Shown here: piece after piece, positions 17,610 through 27,358 of the stretch
Layout of the letters: every line of letters starts with the position of its first letter
How positions within the stretch are numbered: the first letter of the stretch is position 1
Source: an uncultured virus (IMG/VR IMGVR_UViG_3300025913_000028)
Lineage: Duplodnaviria; Heunggongvirae; Uroviricota; Caudoviricetes
DNA: 64,000 nucleotides
Direction: 5' to 3' (one strand)
Virus record (IMG/VR): IMGVR_UViG_3300025913_000028
Notes under the pieces: model-generated
The model's input: the letters and a program-made list of their open reading frames with translations, nothing else
Told to the model about the DNA's origin: nothing
Databases searched by the model: none
Translations under genes and position numbers: made by a program

Positions 17610-18205
17610 TGCCCGTCAGCCCTGAGATCCAAGAGATCGCTGAGCGCTACGAAATCACCATCCACATCATCCCCGAGTACTTGGTTGAGCCCGTCACGCT
17701 CAAGAGCGTCCCCAAGGACATCGAGACCGGGTTCGGGAACGGGCTTCACATCGAGAGGCGTGAGGTCTATCTCTACGGAGGCAACAACATCGAGTCGCAT
17801 CTTCACGAGATGATGCACATCATCACGCACCCCACCGGCTGCTTGATCGACAGCGTTCGCGAGAACTGGCTGCTCATGCAGGTGGAGCGTGAGGTGGCAC
17901 GCACGATGCTGCGTCCACGGGACTTCAAGCGAGTGGTGGGGTGGCAGCAGGGAACCCACGTCAGCGATGCCGAGGACCTCTACTACAGCCGTAGCCCGAG
18001 GAAGTACTGGCTTCTCAACGACATCTGGAAGGATGGCTACGCACGTGCGAAGAGCGTGGGGCTACTGAGCTCGGAAGGGCTCCCCACCTTCAAGTACCCG
18101 ACGTGGCCTCGTGATCCTGTCGACATGTACTTCGAGTGGGCGGTGGACAATGACGTCTCCCTGCCGTTCAAGACGAGAGAAGAACTGAGAGGGCTCCGCG
18201 CGTAG
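17609..18205 (+). CDS. HExxH-motif protein (putative zincin)
   Basis: HLHEMMHII. Confidence 0.6.
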   Translation: MPVSPEIQEIAERYEITIHIIPEYLVEPVTLKSVPKDIETGFGNGLHIERREVYLYGGNNIESHLHEMMHIITHPTGCLIDSVRENWLLMQVEREVARTMLRPRDFKRVVGWQQGTHVSDAEDLYYSRSPRKYWLLNDIWKDGYARAKSVGLLSSEGLPTFKYPTWPRDPVDMYFEWAVDNDVSLPFKTREELRGLRA

Positions 18206-18222
18206 CGGGGCTCTTTCTTTTT
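18187..18222 (+). terminator. Intrinsic terminator overlapping the stop codon
   Basis: GAGAGGGCTCCGC-GCGTA-GCGGGGCTCTTTC followed by TTTTT. Confidence 0.75.
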
Positions 18223-18232
18223 GGAGGACGAG

Positions 18233-19051
18233 ATGACCGAACGATTCCCTGGGGTGCTCATCAAGCCGAAGAGTGCCAACCGGAAGCTCGGCCCTGTCGA
18301 CATCGTGCGTGGTCCGACGCTGAAACGCCCGCGGCTTGTGCCGAAGGGTCCGTTCGTGGCCTCGACCTACGTCACGATTCGCGGGACGTGCGACGACGTG
18401 TGCAAGTTCAAGGACGCCGGCTGCTTCGCTGACGCCGGCTACACCGGACTGATGGTTCACCGCCTCGATGATGAGGTGAAGAAGAACAAGGAGAACATCG
18501 GTGTCATCGAGGCAGCAGCGATCGACAACTTGTTCGTGAACGGCGTGCCGAAGGACGGAGGCAAGTACGGCAACGCAGGTCGAGACCTGCGCCTTCACGT
18601 CAGCGGTGATGCCCAGAACGACATCGCGGCGATGGCGCTGTCGAGCGCTGCCATCCGCTATCGAGGTCGTGGCGGCGGCATCGTGTGGACGTACACGCAC
18701 TCGTGGAGGCGGATCGTCCGATCGCTGTGGGGACCCATCCAGGTCCTGGCTTCGGTGGAGACGGCGAAGGAAGCCCACCGAGCTCGCTACATGAAGGGGT
18801 ACGTCCCCGCACTCGTTGTTCGTGAGTTTCCTTCAAAGAAGGCGTTCACGATCCCGGACTGCGACATCAAGTTCATCCCGTGCCCTGCGGAGACGAACAA
18901 GGTGACCTGCACCCAGTGCCGGCTCTGCTTCGACACCGATCGCCTCTACAAGGAGAAGCTCGGTATCGCATTCGCAGTCCACGGTCGGAGCGGAACGAAG
19001 GCGAAGAAGAAGTTGCCGATCTACGACACACTCTTCGGGGTGATTCCCTGA
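18233..19051 (+). CDS. Phage gp88-like Cys-rich (radical-SAM-like) protein
   Basis: SANRKLG, TCDDVC..GCFA, RLHVSGD, WTYTH, CPAE...TCTQCRLC, FAVHG. Confidence 0.7.
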   Translation: MTERFPGVLIKPKSANRKLGPVDIVRGPTLKRPRLVPKGPFVASTYVTIRGTCDDVCKFKDAGCFADAGYTGLMVHRLDDEVKKNKENIGVIEAAAIDNLFVNGVPKDGGKYGNAGRDLRLHVSGDAQNDIAAMALSSAAIRYRGRGGGIVWTYTHSWRRIVRSLWGPIQVLASVETAKEAHRARYMKGYVPALVVREFPSKKAFTIPDCDIKFIPCPAETNKVTCTQCRLCFDTDRLYKEKLGIAFAVHGRSGTKAKKKLPIYDTLFGVIP

Positions 19052-19575
19052 TGTACTCGCGCGGCATGTACGGCATCACGCCGCTGACCGCGAAGGACCG
19101 AGACCGCGTCATGGGCCGGAGACGCCCCATCGAGTCGGTCATGCGATCCACGGAGAGACTGCTGGCGAAGGTGAACGTTGAGACCATCACCGTCACGACC
19201 ACCAACGACCAGTACGTCACGAAGAACTACATGCACATTCGGTTCGAGGAGGTTCTTCACGAACTTGCGCACCACGTCTGCTTGGAGGGCAAGACCGTCT
19301 TTGACAAGAGGACCAGGTCCCTGAGCGCAGTGCTCAGCGACATGTCGCCGGTCGCCGCAGATGGGAACGAGCTGGACTCGATCGCTGTCGAGCTTCATGC
19401 GGCGTGGTGGCTCGGGCACCCGTTCAGCAAGAAGGACTCAGTCAAGGGAGCCATCGAGAACATGAGCTACTTCAGCTTGAACGCGGCGAATCGAGTAGTC
19501 TCGGAGCTCCTGACCAACTCCATGATCATGGACATGGGGCGGGAGCTGGCAAAGAAGATCCGAGACACGAGGTAG
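19051..19575 (+). CDS. HExxH protein (ImmA/IrrE-like zincin motif)
   Basis: VLHELAHH with a downstream NE..SIAV. Confidence 0.6.
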   Translation: MYSRGMYGITPLTAKDRDRVMGRRRPIESVMRSTERLLAKVNVETITVTTTNDQYVTKNYMHIRFEEVLHELAHHVCLEGKTVFDKRTRSLSAVLSDMSPVAADGNELDSIAVELHAAWWLGHPFSKKDSVKGAIENMSYFSLNAANRVVSELLTNSMIMDMGRELAKKIRDTR

Positions 19576-19577
19576 CA

Positions 19578-20276
19578 GTGCCCAGAAAAGTGAACGTAGA
19601 GAAACTCAACGAGCTGGACCGATGGCGTCGGGCCCTCAACGACATCATCGACAACAGCGGCAACATCACGCACCTGGTCGGCATCGACGAGAGCGGCACA
19701 GGTGCATGGGCAGGGCCCTTCTATCTCAGCGCGGTGCTGGCTCCGCGGAGATGGGACCTGGAAGGAGTGAAGGACTCGAAGAAGACGACACCAGAGCACA
19801 GAGAACGGATGATCGAGCTGATCGACGACAGCACGGACGTCTTCCATGCCGAAGGGGCAGCAACGCCCGACGACATCGAGAAGCACACGCATGCGGGAGC
19901 GTACGTTCGAGCGATGCACATCGCGATGAAGTCTCTGATGCAGCACTGCAAGGTGTTGCCGAAGAACCTCGCGATCATCGTCGACGGTGTGCGGTCTGCG
20001 AAGGTCCACGACATGCTCATGACCTTCGCGTGCATCAACATCTTGTACGTCCCGAAGGCGGACGAGTTCGTTCCTCATGTTGGAGCGGCCTCGATCTTCG
20101 CCAAGTTCAACCGGGACGTCGAGATGAACTTGCTTGACAAGAAGTTCCCGAGGTACTACTTGAAGACGTCCGCGGGTTACGGCACGGACGAGCACGCAGG
20201 TGCGATCAAGAAGTACGGACCCATCCCGCACGTTCACAGACCCCTGGTTCGAGACCTGAACAAGAAGAAGAAATAG
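19578..20276 (+). CDS. rnhB: Ribonuclease HII
   Basis: VGIDESGTGAWAGP, VKDSKK, IVDG, PKAD...VGAASIFAK..RD, GYGT..H. Confidence 0.93.
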   Translation: MPRKVNVEKLNELDRWRRALNDIIDNSGNITHLVGIDESGTGAWAGPFYLSAVLAPRRWDLEGVKDSKKTTPEHRERMIELIDDSTDVFHAEGAATPDDIEKHTHAGAYVRAMHIAMKSLMQHCKVLPKNLAIIVDGVRSAKVHDMLMTFACINILYVPKADEFVPHVGAASIFAKFNRDVEMNLLDKKFPRYYLKTSAGYGTDEHAGAIKKYGPIPHVHRPLVRDLNKKKK

Positions 20277-20285
20277 GAGAGTCCC

Positions 20286-20594
20286 ATGGCCACGAAAAAG
20301 AACACGAAGACGCCCGCGAAGAAGACCCCCGCCAAGGCGAAGGCGAAGCTCGGCTCCTCGACCGGCAACGGCGAGGCCCGCAGCGCGGCCCGCGGCGGCA
20401 CCGTCGCCGTCGAGCGCTACGCGAAGGACCCGAAGTCGGTCGTGACGCGCCTGAAGGAGAAGGTCGCCAGCATCGAGACGCAGGCGGCGAACGCCGTTCT
20501 CCGCGCCGAGAACGCCGGTCTCGACAACCCGCACGTCGTTCGTCTCCGCAAGGTCCTCGAAGGCGCCGCGGCGCTGAAGAAGGTCTTCGCCTGA
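20286..20594 (+). CDS. Basic Lys/Ala-rich protein, possibly DNA-binding
   Basis: MATKKNTKTPAKKTPAKAKAK; strong SD. Confidence 0.6.
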   Translation: MATKKNTKTPAKKTPAKAKAKLGSSTGNGEARSAARGGTVAVERYAKDPKSVVTRLKEKVASIETQAANAVLRAENAGLDNPHVVRLRKVLEGAAALKKVFA

Positions 20595-20632
20595 TCGCTG
20601 CGGTCAGCTTCGGCTGATTCGCGCTCGTGACT

Positions 20633-20667
20633 ACGCCCTCCTCGCTGATGCTCAGTGGGGAGGGCGT
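20633..20667 (+). other. 16-bp intergenic hairpin, preceded by a UUCG hairpin at 20604-20617
   Basis: ACGCCCTCCTCGCTGA-TGC-TCAGTGGGGAGGGCGT. Confidence 0.7.
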
Positions 20668-20685
20668 TGTCGTTCCTGGAGGTAC

Positions 20686-21696
20686 ATGATGAAGAAGCGA
20701 ATGGTCCTCTTCGCGGTGGTGATGCTCTCCTGCACGGGCTCGATGGCTCGCGACGCAGGGGTCATCGTCGACGATGAGCCTCAGCCCCTCGCAGTGGCCC
20801 CTCAGCCCGTGGTTCCTGCTCCTGCTCCGATCGAAGTTCCTGTTCCTGTGGCTGACCCTGTGGTCGAGGAGCACCTCGTCGTCGACAGCACGCAGTACAT
20901 GCCGCACGAGATCCACTCCTACATCCACGTGGCGACGCCTGTGTCTCTGGCTCCGCACATGTACCCGGACGCGACGTCTCTGCTGCCTGGTGTCCGCCGA
21001 CGCTTCCTGAGCTCCTTCAACAGAGGGTTCGAGGAGGATCGGCTCATCCGGTTGATCGGCGAGGATTGGGAAGAGCTGCGTGCCGTCACCGTCTTGGTGC
21101 TTTCGCGCATCTGCGTGTCGGAGGCGAACTGGCTGCACGACGACATCAAGGATCCGAACGATGACGTGAACCACGCCGAGCTCGACTGCCCGGCCATCTA
21201 CCGTGTCCTGCGTCGAACCCGCGCTCGTGGGGAGACCTTGATCGGCACGATGCGCAGGCATGTCCACTACGTCACGGAGCAGTGGGAGCCCCACTCCCCG
21301 CGGACTCAGTGGCTCGTCGAGCTCAACGCGGAGGGCACACGTCCTCCTCACTTCCAGGCCACGGACTCTGGGGGCCGTCCTCTGAACTGGGATCGCGATT
21401 ACCGTCCGCGGTGGATGGCGATGCAGCAGTTCGTGTCGGAGCTCCTCGATGGCGAACACCTCGGTCCATGTGCTGATGCCCCCATCATCGCGTGGGGTGG
21501 TCGGTGTGACGATGAAGGCGGTGCCTGCGATGATCATCATGCTGAAGACCGAGGCCTCGTCCCGTACGAGCATTGCGGGCTGGAAGCATCAGGCGGCCGT
21601 CATCCTGCGAACAGGTTCTGGTGTCGTCCGGGAGAGGATGGGTGCGACCCACCTCCGCAGGAGATCATCCCGCAAGTCGAAGTCGTGATGGAGTGA
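20686..21696 (+). CDS. Secreted protein or lipoprotein, possibly cell-wall-hydrolase-like
   Basis: Signal peptide ending MLSC; Pro-rich linker; LSRICVSEA motif. Confidence 0.5.
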   Translation: MMKKRMVLFAVVMLSCTGSMARDAGVIVDDEPQPLAVAPQPVVPAPAPIEVPVPVADPVVEEHLVVDSTQYMPHEIHSYIHVATPVSLAPHMYPDATSLLPGVRRRFLSSFNRGFEEDRLIRLIGEDWEELRAVTVLVLSRICVSEANWLHDDIKDPNDDVNHAELDCPAIYRVLRRTRARGETLIGTMRRHVHYVTEQWEPHSPRTQWLVELNAEGTRPPHFQATDSGGRPLNWDRDYRPRWMAMQQFVSELLDGEHLGPCADAPIIAWGGRCDDEGGACDDHHAEDRGLVPYEHCGLEASGGRHPANRFWCRPGEDGCDPPPQEIIPQVEVVME

Positions 21697-21698
21697 CT

Positions 21699-21726
21699 GA
21701 GGGGCCTACGGGCCCCTCTTCTTTTT
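21699..21726 (+). terminator. Intrinsic terminator
   Basis: GAGGGGCC-TACG-GGCCCCTC followed by TTCTTTTT. Confidence 0.9.
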
Positions 21727-21736
21727 GGAGGCGAAA

Positions 21737-21937
21737 ATGGGAAAGTTCATGCTGGAGATCGAGTTGGGTGACGACGAGATGCGTACCCCCGCCAACGTTG
21801 CGGCCGCACTTCGAGAGCTGGCTCTCAAGTTCGATGAGATGGATCCGGGTGCGACGAACGAAGAGGGGAAGATCATCGACGACAACGGCAACTCGTGTGG
21901 TGAGTGGTCGTTCGAGAACGAGTCCGAGGACGACTGA
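21737..21937 (+). CDS. Small acidic phage protein (DxNGN motif)
   Basis: GGAGG SD. Confidence 0.75.
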   Translation: MGKFMLEIELGDDEMRTPANVAAALRELALKFDEMDPGATNEEGKIIDDNGNSCGEWSFENESEDD

Positions 21938-21954
21938 AAAGTCGCGTATTCCTC

Positions 21955-21968
21955 CTATAAGGAAGATG
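21955..21968 (+). promoter_or_regulatory. Phage promoter-like motif CTATAAG-GAAG-ATG
   Basis: Recurrent motif; core identical to the copy at 39682. Confidence 0.7.
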
Positions 21969-22006
21969 AAAGAGGCACTCCGCCCCTTCAACCGGAGAAC
22001 ACGAAC

Positions 22007-23209
22007 ATGAACATCGACAAGAACAAGCTCCTCAAGCGGTCGACCCTGCTCGACATCATCTTCAGCGCCCTCATGGCGGAGATCGGCTCCAAGAAGGTCG
22101 AGCAGATCGTCGAGTACGCCCTGACCGGCCTCAATCCCGAGCAGCCGGTGGTCACTGCTCTCTCGGAGCTGATGGAGCTGACGCACGAGCAGCTCGCGAT
22201 TCTCAGCGAGGGTGAGCACGAGCGTGGTGGGCATGGCATGCGCCTCATCGGGAATGTCATCACGGCACACCGCGAGGGGGACAAGCTCACCTCCATGGAC
22301 GCAGTGGACGAGCACGACATGCTGCTCACCGCCCTCGCGTTCCGGGTCCCCCAGCACGTGATTCGTGAAGTGTTCGACGACATCGAGCAGCATGTCTCGG
22401 TCAAGGCCGGCGTCGCCGTCCAGGAGCTCTTCCAGGAGCTTCGGGAGAAGAAGGTCTCGAAGCTGGAGATGCTGCGGCTGTTCAAGGTGGGTCTGGATCC
22501 GAGCCTTCAGGGCCCGACCTCGATCGAGCAGCAGGCCAGTCGTCGAAGTGGTGGCGCCCGAGGCAGCAGCATCGTCTCGGTGCTGATGTCTCTGCTCGGT
22601 GCCGGGGGTGCTTCTCTCGGTGGTCGTGGCGTTCGCGTCATGAGCCTCGACGACCTGTTCGGCGATGGTCCCGGGATCGACTTCGATGACCTGCTGAGCA
22701 GCGCCGAGGGAAGGAAGTCTGCGGCGAGCGAGCCCGATGGCTCGATCACGGTGGGCGACCTCTGGCGTGAGGAGAACCAGACGTTCGGGCTGATCACGAG
22801 CGTCGAGGACTTCCTGCGCCGGAACCGTCCTCGTACCGATGCTGTCGACATGGACGGCGTTCGGAAGCTCCCGCTCCGGCTGTTCAAGGACATGAAGGAC
22901 CTGGATGCCCGCTACCGCGAGGTGTTCGGGTACGACGGCGAGCTCGCGGAGATGCTGGTGGTGATCGTCAACCTCATCCACGCAGACCTCGTGCAGCGCT
23001 ACAAGACGGTCGACGAGGCGATCGCGACCGTCCTCGCGAAGCACCCCGAGCGTGCCGAGGGCGAGCTCAAGGCGGCGGAGCGGCAGAAGGTCGTCGACGC
23101 TGCTGTGGCGAAGGGTGAGCCGACGCCTGACTGTGGCTGCAAGGCGTGCAACGCCAAGCGGCGGGCACGTGGGGAAGCCCCGGTCATCGAGCGTTCGACG
23201 CAGCTCTGA
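22007..23209 (+). CDS. Hypothetical protein
   Basis: 400-aa ORF with SD; C-terminal CxCxxC. Confidence 0.85.
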   Translation: MNIDKNKLLKRSTLLDIIFSALMAEIGSKKVEQIVEYALTGLNPEQPVVTALSELMELTHEQLAILSEGEHERGGHGMRLIGNVITAHREGDKLTSMDAVDEHDMLLTALAFRVPQHVIREVFDDIEQHVSVKAGVAVQELFQELREKKVSKLEMLRLFKVGLDPSLQGPTSIEQQASRRSGGARGSSIVSVLMSLLGAGGASLGGRGVRVMSLDDLFGDGPGIDFDDLLSSAEGRKSAASEPDGSITVGDLWREENQTFGLITSVEDFLRRNRPRTDAVDMDGVRKLPLRLFKDMKDLDARYREVFGYDGELAEMLVVIVNLIHADLVQRYKTVDEAIATVLAKHPERAEGELKAAERQKVVDAAVAKGEPTPDCGCKACNAKRRARGEAPVIERSTQL

Positions 23210-23216
23210 CATCGAT

Positions 23217-23260
23217 GTGTGCGGCAGTTCGGTGCCTTCGGGTATCGGACTGCCGCACGC
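23217..23260 (+). other. 20-bp intergenic RNA hairpin with UUCG loop
   Basis: GTGTGCGGCAGTTCGGTGCC-TTCG-GGTATCGGACTGCCGCACGC; 4 G.U pairs; no U tract. Confidence 0.85.
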
Positions 23261-23283
23261 CTCAACATGAAAAGGAAATCAAC

Positions 23284-25389
23284 ATGACCCTCTTTCTCTC
23301 TTTCTATCGCACGGTCGCCGAGTCCTTCCAGAAGATGGTGAAGGACAACACCAACATCTTCGTCGCCGACATGGACGGTGACGCCCTCTGGGCGCTGTAC
23401 CTGGCCTCCTTCCCTCCGGGCACCGATCCCATCTTCAAGACGCGCACCGAGCACGACTGCTCGTGCTGCAAGCAGTTCATCCGCCGCGCAGGATGCGCGG
23501 TCACCATCTCGGACGGGAGGGTGACCACCGTCTGGGACAAGGCTGTCGAGCAGGCGTCGGCGGAGCCGTATGGCATCGTCGCAGCAGCACTTCAGAAGGC
23601 TCTGCGCGGCGTGGGCATCCGCGACCTCTTCCGTGTCGGAAAGAGCGAGACGCAGTTCGGTGCGATGCAGACGCGTCAGCTCGACAAGGCAACGGAGAAG
23701 GTTCTGGTCTGGAACCACTTCCACACCGGGGAGATTCCGCGTGGCCTTCGCTCGGCGACCCCGGACGCTGATCGTGGCAACTACCGCACGACGGTCCAGG
23801 TCTTCGAGCGTGGGCTTGTCGAGCTGACTCCCGATGCGGTCGATACCGTCTTGTCCTTGATCGAGGCGAAGAGCTTGTACCGCGGTGACGAGCACAAGCG
23901 TGCCGTCATCGAGTTCAAGAAGATGCAGGGCGAGTACCTCGGGAAGAAGGCGACGTGGCCTTTCAACACCGAGCGCTCCCTCTTCGTGTGGGCGAACGCC
24001 AACAGCCCTGCGGCCCGATTCCGCAACACCGTCATCGGTACGCTCGTCCAGGACCTCTCCGAAGGTCAGGAGCTCGAACGTGCGGTGAAGAGCTTCGAGT
24101 CGAAGGTGGCTCCGCAGAACTACAAGCGGACGACCGCCCTCATCACGCCCGGCATGGTGAAGAAGGCGATGGAGACCATCGAGTCCTTGGGACTCGAACC
24201 GGCTCTCGAACGTCGGTTCGCCGTCATGGCCGACGTGTCGGTGAACGACGTGAAGTGGGTCGACGGTGCTGCACGCTCGCTCATGAAGGGCGGGATCGGT
24301 GACGTCCTCATGCAGCATGCTGCGGCCTCGACTCGATCTTCGGCGAAGGACGAGGACCGTGCCGAAGCCATCTCGCTCGACGACTTCATGACGGAGATCG
24401 TCCCCAAGGCGCAGGCCATGGAGATGTTCTTCTCGGGGAAGCATCTCGGGAACCTGATGGCTCTGACGGCGCCGGTGCATCCGGAGCCGAAGCAGCTCTT
24501 CAAGTGGAACAACGACTTCGCGTGGTCCTACGGCGGCAACGTCGCGGACTCCATCAAGGAGCGCGTGAAGAAGGCGGGCGGCAAGATCAACGGTGTCCTC
24601 CGCATCTCGCTGTCGTGGTTCAACTACGACGATCTCGATCTTCATGTTCACGAGCCCAAGGGCTCCGGACGAGCTCGTGGATCTCTCGGTCTGCCGGGAC
24701 AGCACATCCACTTCCGCAACAAGGTCGGCTGGACCGGAGGCACCCTCGACGTCGACATGAACGCCGGGCACGGTGCGACGCGTGAGGCTGTCGAGAACGT
24801 GGTGTGGTCCGTCAAGCCGCCGGACGGCCCGTACCAGATCATCGTGAACAACTTCGCCCAGCGCGAGACCAGCAACCCTGGGTTCGTCATCGAGACGGAG
24901 TGTGAGGGCAAGATCTCGCACTACTCGTACAACAAGCAGGTCCGGAACCAGCAGGACATCGTCGTGGCGACGCTGCACATGAAGAACGGCGCCATCGAGC
25001 GCGTCGAGGCAGGAGATCCCGGCATCACCTCGACCAACATCTCGCAGGAGAAGTGGGGACTCACCACGGAGCGCTACGTCAAGGTCAACACGGTGATGCT
25101 CAGCCCGAACTACTGGGGCGACAACGCCGTGGGGAACAAGCACACGTTCTTCGTCTTGGAGGGGGCGAAGAGCGACGAGGACATGCGCGGGTTCTACAAC
25201 GAGTTCCTCCACTCGCGTCTCGAAGAGCACCGGAAGGTGTTCGAGGTCATCGGGGACAAGACCAAGTGCCGCCCCACGGAAGGGCACCTGGCCGGTCTGG
25301 GCTTCTCCTCCACGAAGCCGGATGAAGTCCTCGTCCGCGTCCAGCAGGGCAAGAAGCAGCGCATCTTCAACATCTACATCGGTGTCTGA
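23284..25389 (+). CDS. Large phage protein with a YfaP/DUF2135-like domain
   Basis: HDCSCCKQFIR; RISLSW..DDLDLHVHEP; LDVDMN; VENV. Confidence 0.75.
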   Translation: MTLFLSFYRTVAESFQKMVKDNTNIFVADMDGDALWALYLASFPPGTDPIFKTRTEHDCSCCKQFIRRAGCAVTISDGRVTTVWDKAVEQASAEPYGIVAAALQKALRGVGIRDLFRVGKSETQFGAMQTRQLDKATEKVLVWNHFHTGEIPRGLRSATPDADRGNYRTTVQVFERGLVELTPDAVDTVLSLIEAKSLYRGDEHKRAVIEFKKMQGEYLGKKATWPFNTERSLFVWANANSPAARFRNTVIGTLVQDLSEGQELERAVKSFESKVAPQNYKRTTALITPGMVKKAMETIESLGLEPALERRFAVMADVSVNDVKWVDGAARSLMKGGIGDVLMQHAAASTRSSAKDEDRAEAISLDDFMTEIVPKAQAMEMFFSGKHLGNLMALTAPVHPEPKQLFKWNNDFAWSYGGNVADSIKERVKKAGGKINGVLRISLSWFNYDDLDLHVHEPKGSGRARGSLGLPGQHIHFRNKVGWTGGTLDVDMNAGHGATREAVENVVWSVKPPDGPYQIIVNNFAQRETSNPGFVIETECEGKISHYSYNKQVRNQQDIVVATLHMKNGAIERVEAGDPGITSTNISQEKWGLTTERYVKVNTVMLSPNYWGDNAVGNKHTFFVLEGAKSDEDMRGFYNEFLHSRLEEHRKVFEVIGDKTKCRPTEGHLAGLGFSSTKPDEVLVRVQQGKKQRIFNIYIGV

Positions 25390-25421
25390 TCCACAACCAC
25401 AACAAGAAAGAGAACAAGAAC

Positions 25422-25835
25422 ATGTCCGAAAACATCAGCCTCTTCGAGTCCGCCACCCGCAAGAAGTTCCGCTTCACGTCCCCGCGTGGCGAGCTCACCG
25501 TCGAGCAGCTTTGGGAGCTCCCGCTGCTCTCGTCCGATGGCCTCAACCTCGACGCCATCGCGAAGACCGTCAACAAGGACCTCAAGGCGGCGACCGAGGA
25601 GAGCTTCGTGGCGACGGAGCGGAGCCCGTCCCATGGAGCCATCGAGGCGAAGCTCAACGTCATCAAGCGCATCATCGAGGTCAAGCTCAACGAGCAGGCC
25701 GAGGCGAAGAAGCGCGCGGAGACCAAGGCCAAGCGGGAGAAGATCATCGCGGCCCTCGCCGACAAGCAGGAGGTCAAGCTCACGAAAATGTCGGAGAAGC
25801 AGCTCCTCGCCGAGCTCGAAGCGCTCGACGACTGA
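25422..25835 (+). CDS. Coiled-coil phage protein
   Basis: FESATRKKFRF..RGELTVEQLWELPL. Confidence 0.8.
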   Translation: MSENISLFESATRKKFRFTSPRGELTVEQLWELPLLSSDGLNLDAIAKTVNKDLKAATEESFVATERSPSHGAIEAKLNVIKRIIEVKLNEQAEAKKRAETKAKREKIIAALADKQEVKLTKMSEKQLLAELEALDD

Positions 25836-25851
25836 GCATGCCGCACATCTG

Positions 25852-26088
25852 ATGGATGAGGTCTTGATGTTCGTCTACAGCCTCCCCTTCCTCGGGGCGG
25901 GATGGGTGATCATCAAGACCCACTGGTTGCGGCTGAAGCGGCGTCTGGAGGCGTCCTCACACCACCGTCGATGCCCAGCAAGAACCTGGCATCCGGTTCG
26001 AGACATCGAGACGGGGTGGGTCTGCGAGTGCGCGGAGCACGAAGCTCAAGACCGCGCCGAGCAGACACGGAAGATGTACAGGAAGTGA
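25852..26088 (+). CDS. Small membrane protein
   Basis: TM stretch plus Cys/His motif. Confidence 0.6.
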   Translation: MDEVLMFVYSLPFLGAGWVIIKTHWLRLKRRLEASSHHRRCPARTWHPVRDIETGWVCECAEHEAQDRAEQTRKMYRK

Positions 26089-26089
26089 G

Positions 26090-26118
26090 GGGAGGGGTGG
26101 GCAACCACCCTTCTCTTT
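26090..26118 (+). terminator. Intrinsic terminator
   Basis: GGGAGGGGTGG-GCAA-CCACCCTTCTC followed by TTT. Confidence 0.8.
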
Positions 26119-26122
26119 GCCC

Positions 26123-26136
26123 CTATCAGTAGGATG
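26123..26136 (+). promoter_or_regulatory. Phage promoter-like motif CTATCAG-TAGG-ATG
   Basis: Recurrent motif after a terminator. Confidence 0.7.
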
Positions 26137-26164
26137 AAGACATGAACTTCCAGTGGAGAACAAG

Positions 26165-27358
26165 ATGAAGTATACCCGGGCACCGCTCTACAAAGAGACC
26201 AGCACTGGAGCAATCCAGAAGTGGTGGATGGAGCAGGATGGGGCGAAGTATCGCTCCCATAGCGGTCAGATCGAAGGGAAGATCACGACGTCTGAATGGA
26301 CGATCGCTCAGCCGAAGAACGTGGGGCGCTCGAACGCCACCACCGGCGAGCAGCAAGCTTCCGCGGAGATCGACTCCGAGTACGAGCTGAAGGTGAAGAA
26401 GGGCTATCGCGCCACGCCGACCGAGGCGAAGGAGTCGGAGCGCTTCCAGTGCATGCTGGCCGAGCACTACAACCAGAAGGCCAAGGAGCCGGATGCTTCG
26501 TACGCGAAGAGGATGGCCAAGATCTTCACCCCCGACGGCAGAGTGATCGGGGACGCCCTCTACTTGCAGCCGAAGCTGGACGGCATCCGCTGCATCGCGA
26601 ACAAAGATGGCCTGTGGTCGAGGGAGGGGAACCCCATCCTCGCTGTTCCGCACGTCTTCGAGAGCATCAAGCACATCTTCAAGGCGAGGCCGAGCATCAT
26701 CCTCGACGGCGAGCTCTACAACCACGAGCTGAAGTACGACTTCAACAAGATCGTGTCGCTCGTCAAGAAGCAGAAGCCGACTGTCGAGGACCTCAAGCTC
26801 TCAGCGGAGATGGTGCAGTACTGGGTGTACGACTGCTTGATCGAGGATCGGCAGGCCAACTTCATGAAGCGCTACGAGCAGCTCATCCTGATGGAGAACG
26901 TGGTGACGGGCACCCGCAGCAGGAAGGCGTTCGTGAGGGTGGTGACGTACCCGGCGTTCTTTCGCGAAGAGGTCGATGGCTTCTATGAGGTCTTCCTCGA
27001 AGAGGGCTACGAAGGTGGCATGGTTCGGAGGAACGTCCCGTACGAGAACAAGCGGACCCAGGCCCTGCTGAAGCGCAAGGAGAAGCTGGACGCCGAGTTC
27101 AAGATCATCGCCTTCGAGGAGGGTGTCGGCAACGCCTCGGGGATGGCGAAGATCGCTCACATGGAGATCATCATCGACGGCAAGAGGGATGCCTTCAAGG
27201 CCGACATCTGTGGAACTCGCGAGGAGTGCCGGGAGTATCTGAAGCACGCCTCGAAGTATGAGGGCAAGGAGGCCACCATCGAGTTCCAGAACTACACCCC
27301 CGATGGCAAGCCCCGGTTCCCGAAGCTGAAGGTTGCGCATCTGACGAAGAGGTGGTGA
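26165..27358 (+). CDS. lig: ATP-dependent DNA ligase
   Basis: QPKLDGIRC (KxDG), LDGELY, GYEGGMVR, LLKRK, PRFP; start at 26153 or 26165. Confidence 0.95.
   Translation: MKYTRAPLYKETSTGAIQKWWMEQDGAKYRSHSGQIEGKITTSEWTIAQPKNVGRSNATTGEQQASAEIDSEYELKVKKGYRATPTEAKESERFQCMLAEHYNQKAKEPDASYAKRMAKIFTPDGRVIGDALYLQPKLDGIRCIANKDGLWSREGNPILAVPHVFESIKHIFKARPSIILDGELYNHELKYDFNKIVSLVKKQKPTVEDLKLSAEMVQYWVYDCLIEDRQANFMKRYEQLILMENVVTGTRSRKAFVRVVTYPAFFREEVDGFYEVFLEEGYEGGMVRRNVPYENKRTQALLKRKEKLDAEFKIIAFEEGVGNASGMAKIAHMEIIIDGKRDAFKADICGTREECREYLKHASKYEGKEATIEFQNYTPDGKPRFPKLKVAHLTKRW

Noticed and set aside
22999..25287. Long minus-strand ORFs (762 aa here, also 21665-23212, 27567-29078, 20206-21573 and others)
   Set aside because: Antisense shadows of + strand genes, expected from strong GC3 codon bias; no motifs, SD or minus-strand promoter motif seen
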